Source of the DNA: the human T2T-CHM13v2.0 reference genome, Homo sapiens | DNA: 64,000 nt | Reading direction: 5' to 3' (one strand) | Assembly (NCBI RefSeq): GCF_009914755.1 | Contig: NC_060935.1 | Shown: piece after piece, positions 13,890 to 27,594 of the stretch | Position numbering within the stretch: position 1 is the first letter of the stretch | Layout: each line of letters opens with the position of its first letter | Position numbers and translations under genes: made by a program | Notes under the pieces: model-generated | Databases searched by the model: none | What the model was told of the DNA's origin: nothing | The model's input: only the letters and a program-made list of their open reading frames with translations

Positions 13890-14480
13890 ATCAATGGGGT
13901 CACAACAAGCAAACCTGGAGTATCCTTGGTCTACTCCATGCCCTCCTAGAACTGTCCCTGTGGCTGGAGGGTCTCCAGGAGAGAGACTCTGGCCCCTACA
14001 GCTGCTCCGTGAATGTGCAAGACAAACAAGGCATCATTACGGGCTACATCATCAAAACCTTAGAACTCAGTGTACAGGGTGAGTGAGAAGCACAGACTTC
14101 CGGACCCCTCCCCACCTGCACTGGGAGGTCAGGCGAGTCACTCTCCTAAATGGCTGAGGGCAAGAGTTGGAGAAGGGATAAATGAAACGACAGAAGGGTG
14201 CAGACAGAAGGGTCACCAATGTGACCCTGAGCTGCCAGTCTCCGAGGAGTAAGCCCGCTGCCCAATATCAGTGGGATCGGCAGCTTCCATCCTTCCAGAC
14301 TTTCTTTGCACCAGCATTTGGTGAGGGCATTTCTGGAGACAGGCAAGGCTGTGGCTGGGGAAGGGGAAAGATGAGAGGTACCACAGAGACTGGGGTGAAA
14401 AGGGGAGCCAATGCTGACAAGCACTGGGGAGGAGGAGGATGTGGGGCAGAGAAAGATCCCCCGCCAGGGGCAGGTATTGT
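13890..14480 (+). pseudogene. Unprocessed partial ESAM duplicate (two Ig-domain exon fragments plus intron pieces)
   Basis: 13890-14078 reads [53 protein letters not shown], then donor GTGAGT. 14216-14320 reads [33 protein letters not shown], then donor GTGAGG. Both match ESAM as I recall it. TAG at 13947-13949 plus a 1-nt frameshift. The right boundary is approximate. Confidence 0.9.
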
Positions 14481-16164
14481 GTTAGGTGCATTCACTGTGT
14501 ATACTGTTATGAAAGAGGCTCTACAGCTGGAGTGTCTGCCTTCAATTAGAACAGAACATATCAGAGTATATTACATGTAGTTCAGTATAGTGTCATTATG
14601 TGGATTAAGTTAATATTTACAAAGCACTTAGAATAGTGCATGGCACATAGAAAATACTATGTGTTGGCTATAATCACTGTTTTGTGAAATCTGTTTCAGT
14701 TATACATATATGTCATGAAACTACTAGGTCCCAGGGTAAAATATATTTCTTCTTCCTGTGAGTTGTGGTCAAAAAAAGATGCACTGTTTTGGTTTTACTT
14801 TCCAGTATACAAATTAAGAAATGAGATATGTAATGGATATTTGCGCAACTGCAATTCAACACCATAAAAAAGTTGTTACTCATCACAACATATAAATGAC
14901 CTGGAATTGGTATGTTCACTATAATGTCATCCCAAAACTACTGGCTCCACCATTCTACGTGATTATGACACCACTAAGGCATCATTTACGGCTCCCACAT
15001 CACTCTTTCACCACATGCCATGCACTACTGGCAAATTATTCTTCAATTAAAAAGCATGACTTTTTAAACAGCTGAACACTGTTTGGATGCTTCCAGTTTT
15101 GCATTCTTTGGTAAGTATATCTCATTATATTTGCAGTTGGCACTATTCTAGGTTATGCTGCCTCTGAGCTTTTACACTAACTATTCATCTACCTTTGAGT
15201 CCACCTTCACCCTTCAGGATCCACCTTTTGAAAGCCTAGGATGTGTGTGCTCCTGTAGCACCATAAGCATAACATTAACATGACACACAAGACCTTGTTC
15301 ACAATATTGTAATTGGTTCCTTAGTAATCTGACTCCTTTATTACAAGATGGACATCTTGAAGGTGATGGTATACTACCGTAACTCTCAGACCTACTGCAG
15401 TAGGCACTATCTGTTGATGAATAATGAAAAAAATAAAGACCTTATTTCAGACCTTAGCATTTAAAGAAATCTTGTGATGAATCTGTCAGTTGAATCTGAT
15501 GACAGGGAATGAGCAAAATATCTAAATCCCCTCCCCCCCTCCAGATACCTGAACTTTAGCCAAAAGTTAAGCTCCACACTTTTCCCCTGTAACCTTTCCC
15601 TGTTTCCCTCTGGCTTTCTAATGGCAAGGGAATTCAGGAGCCCAGCACCACTACATCAGCCAAGAAAGATATCAAAAAGATACTGAGTTCTAAAGCAGCA
15701 GTCTTTAACTGGGGTAGTCTCCTTTAATAATTGATGGAGGCAACTTGAAACCTTAGGGATTCCTGTCATTCCCCCTCTTATTTATATTGTTTAAGTTATC
15801 AATCCTGGCCCCTGAATTTAGAATAACAAAAACAATATAGGCCAGTGATACTGTTTCTTTTAAATGTAACTTGAATATTTCCTAAACAGCAAAAATTTCA
15901 AGAGACAGTTGATAAAACTCACAAATAATGATTTAATGTGTATTTTTCAGATTCAGTTTGTTATTCAGTACATTTTATCGCCAACTCTCATCATATTCAT
16001 CTCATACCAGACTTAACATTTTCTATGTCCTGCTAACCTCGTATAAATTTCCAAACACATCATGAAAAATTTTAATGTCAGCTTAAAAATCTTCCAGAGG
16101 ATACATGGGTTTCAAAGCCTTTTGGGAGTACACAAGCAAAAAGTCTGAACACCCATTATTCAAA

Positions 16165-16825
16165 AGCTGTTCTGGCCAACAAAACAGTCACTAGCCACAG
16201 GTGACTATTTAAATGTAAATTAGATAAAATTAAAAATTCAATTTTGCAGTCACGCTAGCCACATTTCAGGTCCTCAAGAGCCACCTGTGGCTAGTAATGC
16301 CGTACTGGACAGTGCAAATTCAGAACACTTCCATCATCACAATAAATTCTATTGGACAGGGCTGTCCTAGGGAACCTAGAATATGCACTGTTTGCCCCAG
16401 TGAGTTGAAGTTATAAGACTTTTATTCCTGGCACCACCTCCTGGAATGGCAGGCCATTTTTTTTTTTTTACTTTTATCAAGATTCCTCCTACACAGGGGT
16501 AAAGTGACAGAAAGGTCAAGAAGGAACTTTGAGCTCCCCCTAGAGGTTTGAGTGTGTGGCCAGGAGAATCCTTTTACAAAGATGAATTTAATACTGTGAA
16601 TAACAACTTTTTACCTGAAACTGTTCAATATGGTAGCCACTACTCACATATGCCTATTTATAACTTAAAACTGAATTAATTAAATATAATTTAAAATTTC
16701 TGTTTCTCAGGCACAATGCCACACATTTTAAGGGCTGAACAGACACATGTGACCAGTGGCTATCATACTGAACTGAGGTAGATAGAGAATATTTCCATCA
16801 TCACAAAATTTTATGGAACAGTACT
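16165..16825. mobile_element. Two MER3/MER33-type hAT-Charlie MITE copies (about 16165-16365 and 16615-16825)
   Basis: CACTAGCCACA...TGTGGCTAGT and AACA.TTCCATCATCACA...TATTGGACAG motifs occur twice. Confidence 0.7.
16531..16549 (-). promoter_or_regulatory. Candidate CTCF site
   Basis: Minus strand reads AAACCTCTAGGGGGAGCTC. Confidence 0.4.
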
Positions 16826-17534
16826 ATTTGTACTACATGCTTTCTAAATTATTTTTTCCTTTAACATGTCCTCTTAATGAAGTAACCAGAATATTTAACT
16901 CCACCCTTCACTGTATTTCCAAAATGCCAGAAAATAAACCCAGAATTCTACTCATTCAGTTTTAACATGTGCTTCTTAGCTCCTTTCCTTCTAAAACTGA
17001 AATCTTAAATATAAGTGTATGATTGGTAGTCAAAGATGGTCTATTCTTAGAGGATACACATCAAGCATCTGTCAAATTCATAAGCAGATAAGCAAACTGG
17101 AAGGCACAAGATTTCAGGTAACATTGGGATGGTAACAACAGAGACTAAATATATAAAAAATAACAGGAAATAAATCTAAACCTATTTGAGTAGCTTATCA
17201 TATTTCTTAGAAATCTTTCAATGAGAAGATAGAAGAAATGTCTTGTCTGCAAACGCCAAAGAGAAGTCCTCAGAGATGGGCAGAGTCTATTAAAATGCTT
17301 ATCAGGGACAATGAGAGCTTTTTGCTCCAAGTTAGTTATCTTTGCCCTGTTGGTTCTTATAAATAATTGCAAGGCTTCAGAGCTAAAATGAAAGACCAAA
17401 TATACTATATGGTGATTTTCCTGTTAGAGTACAAAATTTGTTCCAAAGATGATGACAATTACTGATGAATAAATCTAAGCAATGTCCCCAGAAAATTAAT
17501 CATTTTGTTCTCTGGGCAGAAGACTCTTTTATCT

Positions 17535-17839
17535 TTTATTTATTATTTATTTATTTTGAGACAGGGTCTCACTCTGTCACCCAAGCTGAAGTTCAGTGGC
17601 TCAATCTCAGCTCACTGCAAACTCCACCTCCCAACCTCAAGCGATCCTCCCGCTTCAGCCTCCTGAGGAGCTGTAACTACAAGTGTGTGCCACCACGCCC
17701 GGCTAATTTTTTGTATTTTTGGTAGAGACAGGTGTCACCATGTTGTCCACGCTGGTCTCCAACTCCTGAGCTCACGTGATATGCCCGCCTCAGCCTCCCA
17801 AAGTATTGCGATTACAGGCATGAACCACCATGCCCGGCC
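17535..17839 (-). mobile_element. AluJ
   Basis: Antisense dimer. Confidence 0.92.
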
Positions 17840-19099
17840 TCTTTTACCATTTTTAAATTTGTCTGATGAGCGACCAGCACTGATTCAGAAAAGGCAAGTC
17901 TTTTAGGTCACATTCAATCACCTTGCATTTCATCTTGAGGCACAGCTAGAAGTACACATCTGTTTCAAAGACATAAAGCCAACTCTCAAGAGGCAAATTT
18001 TTGGAGAACACCCAAAAATATGGGACTTGAGAATGAGTTTTGCAGTGCATCAGATTAACTGACTGAAGTGTGAATGCAGCATCTGGCTCAGAGTGAATGC
18101 TTTCATGAATTCCAAGTCTAGATAGGTCTTTCAACTACTACAGTATGGCCAGCGATGAGACTGGTCACTCCTTTGAAGTCATCACACTTATAGTCTGCTT
18201 TAGGCAAATAACACTAAATCAAGTACCGCCTTGCATTCCATCCCTTGTGTTGTCTTGACCAGCTTTTTAACTCATTGATGTATGTACACAAGCTTCAATT
18301 GGATTTTATGCTCTTGGACTACAGGAGTGTATATTATACTTTTATTTTTATTTTTATTTTTAAAACTACAGTTCTTTTATTCATCCTAACACCTAGCAGA
18401 CAGCCCTCCACATAGTAAGCACTTAAGTATTTGGTGACTGGAGATATGAAAAGGCCTACAGTAAAAGAGAAAAATCATGCAATCACTAGATAAAAAACTA
18501 CCTAGATTTGTGTATCTGACTCCAAAATTGGGCTGGAATTGTTAGTAGACAAATTTTCTTCTGGCAAACAAACAAAAATGCAACAAAACTTCAAGATAAA
18601 CAATCTATGTAGTAAGGCAGTGTCAAACACATCCGTTTTACCCAAACGACAGAACAAATACCAATAAGATGACAGACATCAAAATCAAACTTTGCAGCAA
18701 TAAACAAATTTTCATATCTGACTGTAAATTAAAATCTTGTGTGCTTAGAAACATGTTCATTTAGACAGTATTAAAAAGTAGGATGTTAGTCTCAAAATCC
18801 AAGAGTTAAATTATTAATTCAATTTCAATACTTATAATTTTAGTACTTTTACTGTATAGATAAGAGGACCAAGGCACAGTCCAAAGAAGGTAAGTGACAT
18901 GCTTTAAGGTGATTCAGGAAGGTGGTCAGAAAAGGGTGCAATAAGGCTCAGCTTTCTGATCCTTTATACAATGTGAGGAAGGCTGCTAATCAGAAATTAT
19001 CTGACTAAAGGAAGGTTTGCATGGAAAAATTAAAGTTGCTATATAGCTCTTCCTTTTAAAGTTAGAAGAAATTATTTACTGGGTTTTCATAGTTGAATT

Positions 19100-19272
19100 C
19101 TTTTTTTTTAAGAGACCAGGTCTCACTATGTTGCCCAAGCTGGAGTACAGTGGCTATTTACAGGTGCTATGATCATGGCACACTGCAGCCTCAAATTCAT
19201 GAGCTCAAGCGATCCTCCCACCTCACCCTCTAAAGTAGCTGGGACAACAGGGAAGCGCTACTGTACCCGGCT
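19100..19272 (-). mobile_element. FAM-type Alu monomer
   Basis: Monomer with a GGCTATTTACAGG segment. Confidence 0.8.
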
Positions 19273-19863
19273 CATAATTGAATTTTTGACAGGAATTTCA
19301 AATATATTAGCCCAGAAATGTAATTGACTCACACATATTCCTTCTCTGTGAGCCTCTGACATTGAGTTCACATGTACTTTAGTCTGCGTAAGAAGTTCCT
19401 CCTTTTCCTTTTCCACATCTTACTACTTTGCTTCTATTTTGTAAAATCTAAAGCAAAAAGTATTACTAAGTTTCTTTTTGTAGTTCTCATCAACACAAAG
19501 TGAAAGAGATTTTTGAACTACTTGTTTTAAATCTGCATTTCTGAAACTGGGATCTAATGACTTCTTTTCAGAGGTTTGAGATTCTCTGAGATTTTAAGAT
19601 AGCAGTTTTATTTTCATAAGCATAATCTGAGTTACTTGAACATCCACTTCATAATTGTGTAGGAATATGATTTCAGTGACCACATTTGCTTCTGTGCTGA
19701 AGATTACATTCACACTAAATCTCCTTAAATGCAGTATTCTTCAGACTGGGTTCCAAAGTCTGTTTTTTCGTTAAACAGCAGTATTATTGAATAATACTGC
19801 TGCAGATTTTTATATTTTCCAATATTCTCTTTCTAGACTTTATTTGGTGAATTAATTAAATAA

Positions 19864-20190
19864 GGCCGGATGTGGTGGCTCTCGCCTATAATCCCAGCAC
19901 TTTGGGAGGCCAAGGCAGGCGGATCGCTTGATTCTAGGAGTTTGAGACCAGTCTAGGCAACACAGTGAGACCCTGCTTCTAAAAAAACAAAAATACAAAA
20001 TTTAAAAATTAGCTGGGCGTGGTAGTAAATGCCTGTAGTCCTAGCTACTCAGGAAGCTGAGGTGGGAGCATCACTTAGGTCCAGGAGTTCAAGGCTGCAG
20101 TGAGCTATGATCACGTTACTGCACTCCAGCTTAGGCAACAGAGCAAAACCCTGCCTCCATTAAAAATAAACATAAAACAAATTAAAAAAA
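19864..20190 (+). mobile_element. AluJ
   Basis: Dimeric Alu. Confidence 0.92.
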
Positions 20191-20781
20191 ATGTAGTGTC
20201 TACTATATGCTAGTACAGCAGTGAGTAAGAGAGACCAGAACCTGTCCTTAGAGAGCTTATCATTCTGGCAGGAACACTCAACATTACTAATGAAAAAGTC
20301 TGGGTTCTTTGATTGAAATCACATAAAGAGTAGAGCACTTTAAAACACAAAACAGTTATCTGCCCTCCTTGTTAACAGCTACTATGGATCAGAGAACCCA
20401 TACTCATCAGCACATTCCCAAAATACCCTAAGAGCTTGAGGTCAACTTGGTTTTACCTGTCTGGACACAGGTAAACCAATCCTCTTCTAAAAATTATTCA
20501 AATAAATCTCCTTTTCTTGCTTTAAGTTATCCTTCTCATAACTGGACAATGAAACAACCCAATTAGATACTCCCTGGTTGAGAAACAATTTTATGGAGAG
20601 ATTTATATTCAGTGAGGTTTTGACAACACACTTTTTCTGCGTGATTGGGAAGTTTCTACAGACAGAAATCAATCAAGCTGAAACAGTTTAAAATGCCTAA
20701 AATGCACTTCTAAACTCAAGAAGAGGTCATGGATAGACGCTAGCCAAGACAGTACAAAAAGTCTCCCAAAAATTTAACCTT

Positions 20782-20891
20782 GGCTGGGCACGGTGGCTCA
20801 CGCCTGTAATCCTAGTGCTTTGGGAGACTGAGGCAGGACAGCTTGAGACCAGGGAGCTAAAACCAGCCTGAGCAACGTAGAAGACCCTGTC

Positions 20892-20933
<42 letters not shown>

Positions 20934-21060
20934 AATGAGCCAGGTGTGGTGGGGCATGCCTGCAGTCCTAGCTACTGGGGAGGATTGTTTGAGCCCAGGA
21001 GTTCTTCAGGTTGGGCAAGAGAGGGAGATCCTCTCTCTAAATATAAATAAATAAAAATTA
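20782..21060 (+). mobile_element. Deleted AluJ with expanded central poly(A) (20896-20930)
   Basis: Alu sequence with TSD AAAATTTAACCTT on both sides. Confidence 0.88.
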
Positions 21061-22049
21061 AAATTTAACCTTAATGACGTTGAATAGAACAAATGAGATT
21101 CAGAGAAGAGTAGCTTTGTCCTATTAGCTACTACTTTAATGTCTTTGTTAAAAAAAGAGAAAGCTTAAGAAGTCCCAAAGATAAATGTTATCAAATACAC
21201 TAATTTAAATTTGTAATGGAGTAATTAATGGGTGGCAAATTCCTTGAACAATAGTAGGTTTTAAATATCTTAGTTTGTGGACCCAGTTTTCTAAGCAACA
21301 ACATCCCCAAAGAAATACTACTGGAGCCAAGACCTGGAGAACTTTGGTGCAATTTCCCTCCTTTAGCTTACTCTAACTCATGATTGCGCCTATTAGACTT
21401 TATTATTGCTCTTTAGTGTGATCATTCTTATTTTATAATTGTTCTTGGTGGTTTTTATCCCCCCTCAAGAAGTTCCCAGAAAAAGTGCCAGCTGTATCAG
21501 AAAAGAAGTGCACAGATAATAGGATAAGTAGTTCAGTAAAAACTGGGAGAATCCTATCACAATCTTTTTAGCAGCCACTACGATGAGGAAATGAGCTTAA
21601 CTAAAATACAACTCCTTATCTGCCAATAATACAAATATGAAAGCCTAGAGTCAGTTCTAGTAGCAAAATCTTAACCTGGCTAAGATTTCTAGCCCAAATT
21701 AAGCCTCTGCATTTAAACATGCAGGTACACAAGGACGGCCAGATGCACACTGAGAGTTCTACTTGTCACCACATCCGGCACAGAAACTGAAGCAGGGAAA
21801 AACTGGCTTTCCTGAAGGAGCTTCCTAAGAAACCGCAGGGCCTCAAGCCAATCTAACTCTGGAGGCATCGACAATCCAAATTCCAGACCAACTCTTGGCC
21901 AAGCTAACTTTTATGGTGTACACTAACTCCGCGGTAACAATACACAATCTGGCTACAATCAAGCCTTTCCAATTCTCCAAAGCATCTCTAGTCTTACTCG
22001 TCCTTCGTAGCTCAAGATAGAAGCAAAGCGACTGACACAAAGGCCAGTC

Positions 22050-23530
22050 GTCCCAAGGCGCTTTTTCTATGGCTCCGCTACGGCCACTTATTAACTATTC
22101 CTAAACTAGGGGCTCAATGCCCCCCCCTTCTGCCCTTCCTCAATCCTGCCCCGGCCGGTAAGCCTCTGCCTGGGAGCCCCTCCGCCTGGAACAAAGCGAG
22201 GGGCCCCGGCGGTGGGGGCAAGAGGCGCCAGCGGCACGGGGACTGCCGCACGGCGCACAATGAGAAACTACCAACTTCAGAGCGCAGGAACATCCTCAAT
22301 TGGCAAGAAAGAGGGGCGGCGGCAGGCACGCCCAACTTCAAACTCAGGAAACCTACGGGCTGGCGGCCATCTGGGAAAAAGCCCCCTTCCCAGGGAGAGA
22401 AGAAAAAGGCGGAGGAGATGCGAATCGCCCACCGGGCCCCGGAGGAGAGCCCTGCCCTCAGACCGGCCCCCGCCCCCGAGGCCCGCTTCCCCGCCTTCTC
22501 TCTGCCTCTGGTTCGCTGCCCCAGGCCGGGCGGCCGGTTACCTTGATGCGCTCCCGGCACTGGGACGGGGTCCGCTCGTAGCCCAGCTCGGCCAGGGCCC
22601 GGGACACGCGCTCGTACATGGCTGGCCCGGGGGCCTTGCTGCCGAACACCGTGCCGGCTCCCTCCAGCTGCTGGTACCGCGCCTCCACCAGCCGCTCGTT
22701 GCCCCACACTGCGATGAGCGCGTTCGTCTCGGCTGGCGTCCACGACATGCCCCGGCAGGCGGCGGCGGCGGCTGCCGCAGCCCCGCCACCGCCGCCACCA
22801 GGGGAGAAGGAGACCGAGGACGAGGCGGCGCTGCGGCCCCCCAGCCCCAGCCCGAGACCCCCGGACGCCGCTGCCCCCGAGCCCGCCGCACTGCCCGGCC
22901 CGAGCGGGGAGGCACCCCGAGGCGTGGAAGGGTCGGACAGCGATGGATTTCCGTCGCTCAGGCCACCAGGAGAAGCCGGGGAAAGCACCTCCATCTTCGG
23001 AATTTTTAGCGGCGAGTTGGCGGGCAGCTCCGAGCCACAGGGCGCAGCCATCTTCCAAGCGGCCGCCGCTGCACCGCCCGGAAGTGACGCGCCCGCGCAT
23101 CCGGCCACCGCGGTCTCCGGGGCTGCCCTCGGGCCTGGCTCGCCCGCGGGCGGATGGCTCCGGGTCTCTGCTGCTGAGGATGTGGCTGCCGGGCGGAGGT
23201 CGTCCACTCCCCTGGGCCTTTCTCCGCGAGCCCTCCCACGCCGCCCGCTCCTCTCCCGGGGCGAAGGGCGGGGACGAGGCGCGCCGAAGCCCCGAGCTGA
23301 AGAGAAGGGTGGGGGCATGAGGGCGCTGGAGTGAGGAACAGATTGGAGCCTTCCCACTTCCTCTCCAATCTCAGCCCCCGGGAGGAGGGGTGAGGCCCTC
23401 GAGGGGGCCCGGAGTTAAGGAGGAATAGACCGTTTCTCTCTCTCCTGTCTCCCCCGCCTCTGCCCGTCTTCCCTCTAAGCCGGCCTCTAGGTGCAGAGGC
23501 TGACGTCCAGGATGGGGACCGGGGAAGCCT
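22050..23530. promoter_or_regulatory. CpG-island promoter of MSANTD2, probably bidirectional
   Basis: Very high GC and CpG density. ETS/GABPA motif CCGGAAGTGA at 23078-23087, YY1-like AAGATGGCTGC over the start codon (minus strand), GC boxes and CRE-like TGACGTC near 23501. Confidence 0.9.
22542..23051 (-). CDS. MSANTD2: MSANTD2 coding exon 1 (Myb/SANT-like DNA-binding domain protein 2, codons 1-170)
   Basis: ATG at 23051 (AAGATGG). Translates [25 protein letters not shown]...[37 protein letters not shown]...[15 protein letters not shown], a trihelix/Myb-SANT-like signature (W..E...LI.VW; GY.RT..QC..RIK). 510 nt ending at donor AAG|GTAACC, phase 0. Confidence 0.95.
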
Positions 23531-24659
23531 CTGGAGGGTATATCCGGGAAGGCACCAAGGCTGAAGTGAGAGCGGTTCTGGGGAAGGCTTTAAAAAGCAG
23601 ATATGGACCAGGGTAGAGTTCGTACGCTGTAGCTTTTCAAGAACACCGATCTCATTAATTAAAGAACAGCAACTATTTAATTCCAGTTATAAACTATTGT
23701 TTTCCAGTTAGTCTGGGTAGGTGTGGCCGTTTGTAGAATAGTTAGATTACATTAGTCTATTGCGTTGGTACAGTTGTCTATAGCTTGAGCATATAAAAAC
23801 TCCTGAGCCCAGCAGAAAAGTTACTTTCCAATACCAGTCTCCATCCTCCGTGCTTTGGAAGTTGCATCGTTTTCCGGTTTTTCGTACTCAAAGAACACTG
23901 TCAATTATGACAGCTCTGTGACCTCTGGTAATGAATTAGTGTATTAGTCACTCCTGAAACGTTCCTTAAAGTGCTGGAACTTAACAGTAGCACAGCACAT
24001 CCAGTACACAGCTGTACCGTATTTCCATATTTTTCAAAGCTGAAAATCTTAATTGGATATCTTGGATCATTAACTTAAAACCTCAGCGGATTTTTCTTTC
24101 AAAGCAGACATAACTGAGGATGCTGACCAATGAATGCAAATAAACTATGCAATATTTTTTAAAATAACAAATGTATGTTAGTTTTTTTTAAGCTGAGGTC
24201 AACTATGTTTTGGGGGGTATGTGCTTTTTTAAATTATTGTTTTATTTCAATCGATTTTTGGGGGTAACAGGTGGCGTTTGGTTACATGAATAAGGTTTTT
24301 AGTGGTGATTTCTGAGATTTTGGTGCGTCCGAGCAATGTACACTGTATCCAATGTGTAGTCTTTTGTCCCTCATTAGCCTTCCCCTTACCCCTGAGCTCC
24401 CGAGTCCCCAAAGTCCAATGTATCATTCTTATTGAAGACAGCTAAATTTTTAACTCTGAGACTCACTGGAGAGAATGACTGGTTGTCTTTGGGTGTTACT
24501 GAAAAGCCAAAGGATTAAGCAATAGGGATAAAGTAGAGGAGGAGATAATTGTTCTCGTATGTCATATGAAAATGCTAACCATAGTTTGTAAGCTAACAGA
24601 AGAAGCCTGAGGAAGTTCCCGAATTTATGATATCCTCTTCCCTTTTTTCCAAAGAAAGA

Positions 24660-24870
24660 TGCAGTCTAGCACCTCAGTTAAGAATATGGACTCTAAAGTC
24701 AGACTGCCAGGCTTCAAATTCCAGTTCTGCGACCTCAGCAAAGTTACTTAACCAAGCTCTCAGTGCCTTGTTTTCTTCATCTGTAAAATGAGGATGACGT
24801 CACAGCATTGTTGAGAGAATTAATACAGGTAAAGTCCTTAGAACGGTGCCTGGTTCACAGTAAACATTGT
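24660..24870 (+). mobile_element. MIR
   Basis: MIR core TTTTCTTCATCTGTAAAATGAGGAT. Confidence 0.8.
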
Positions 24871-25022
24871 GTGAGGACTGTAAAAGAATCTGAAACATCT
24901 ATCAAAACAAAATTAACTCTCATTCAGCCCAGTGATAAATGTTTTAATGTCATAAGGTATTTGGTGTGTATGAAAGGGAGAGTTGTGCCTAAATCATATA
25001 CTAAATCAGAGATTCCAAAGAG

Positions 25023-25024
<2 letters not shown>

Positions 25025-25057
<33 letters not shown>

Positions 25058-25336
25058 AGACAGGGTCTCACTCTGTCACTGAGGCTGGAGTGCAGTGGTG
25101 TGATCTCAGCTCACTGCAACCTCTGGTCCCAGGCTCAAGCGATCCTCCCACCTCAGCCTTCCAAGTAGCTGGGACCACAGGTATGTGCCACCACTCCCGG
25201 CTAATTTATGTATTTTTTGTAGAGATGGGGTTTCACCATGTTGCCTAGGCTGGTCTCAAACTCCTGGGCTCAAGTGATCCTCCACCTTTGCCTCCCAAAG
25301 TGCTGGGATTACAGGCATGAGCCACTGCACCCAGCC
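25025..25336 (-). mobile_element. AluJ with (GT)n microsatellite tail (25025-25054)
   Basis: Antisense Alu preceded by about 15 GT repeats. Confidence 0.92.
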
Positions 25337-25426
25337 CTCCAAAGAGTTTTTAAATTACCACTTTAACCTTCTGTCATTGTCCCACAAGTCTGAAAAACAA
25401 CAACAACAAAAACCCCTCCTCCTATT

Positions 25427-25887
25427 ATCATGGGATCCTCGGGATGTGGCTTTGCCAGCCAGAAATCTCTGTGGCTGGTGGTGCCTTTGCCCAAGTTTTG
25501 CTTGGGCCCACTAGGTTCCTTCTGCCCACTCAGCCTGGCAGGCTGCACTCAGCTCATGCTACCAGCCCAGATCCCACACCTGCCAAGGGTAAGCCAGGCA
25601 CAGAGCAGCAAGGGGTGCATGAGCGAGCAAGTGTGGGGTCTGGCCACTGCCCACAGCCAGGCACATCAGCTATGGCAGGTTGGGCAGCTCCAGGAGCCAG
25701 CATGGGCACTGGCTCCCTGTGAGGTTGCGGCTGGACCAGGCATACCACGAGCAGCTTCTGCTGATGGTACCAGGGAATGTGGTGGCTCCCAGAAGCTTGG
25801 CGACACCAGGAACTGCAGAGTCCCAAAGAGGGTGTAAGAGCCCTGGTTCGGGGAGCTCCTAGGTCTGGACTCCCCAAAGGGCCACAG
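25427..25887. mobile_element. MER52-family LTR fragment
   Basis: Terminus ..CATGGGATCCTCGGGATGTGGCTTTGCCAGCCAGAAATCTCTGTGG and a GC-rich body. It ends abruptly in an Alu right half. Confidence 0.7.
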
Positions 25888-26009
25888 GCAGGAGAATCGC
25901 TTGAATCTGGGAGGCAGAGGCTGCGGTGATCCGAGATGGCACCATTGTACTCCAGCCTGGGCAACAAGAGCGAAACTCCGTCTCCAAACAAACAAACAAA
26001 ACAAAAACA

Positions 26010-26010
<1 letters not shown>
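25886..26010 (+). mobile_element. Alu 3' fragment
   Basis: GGCAGGAGAATCGCTTGAA... through a CAAA tail. Confidence 0.9.
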
Positions 26011-26780
<770 letters not shown>

Positions 26781-26794
26781 TTTTTAAAAATCCA

Positions 26795-27594
<800 letters not shown>

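Noticed and set aside
13817-14580. Ig-domain ORFs as a functional new adhesion gene
   Set aside because: In-frame stop, frameshift, missing acceptors, and no signal peptide or transmembrane exon; it is a pseudogenic ESAM fragment.
22114-23368. Several long overlapping ORFs (328, 265 and 238 aa, and others) around exon 1
   Set aside because: These are shadow frames of a stop-poor CpG island with low-complexity R/G/P/A composition. Only one frame carries a recognisable domain and splice donor.
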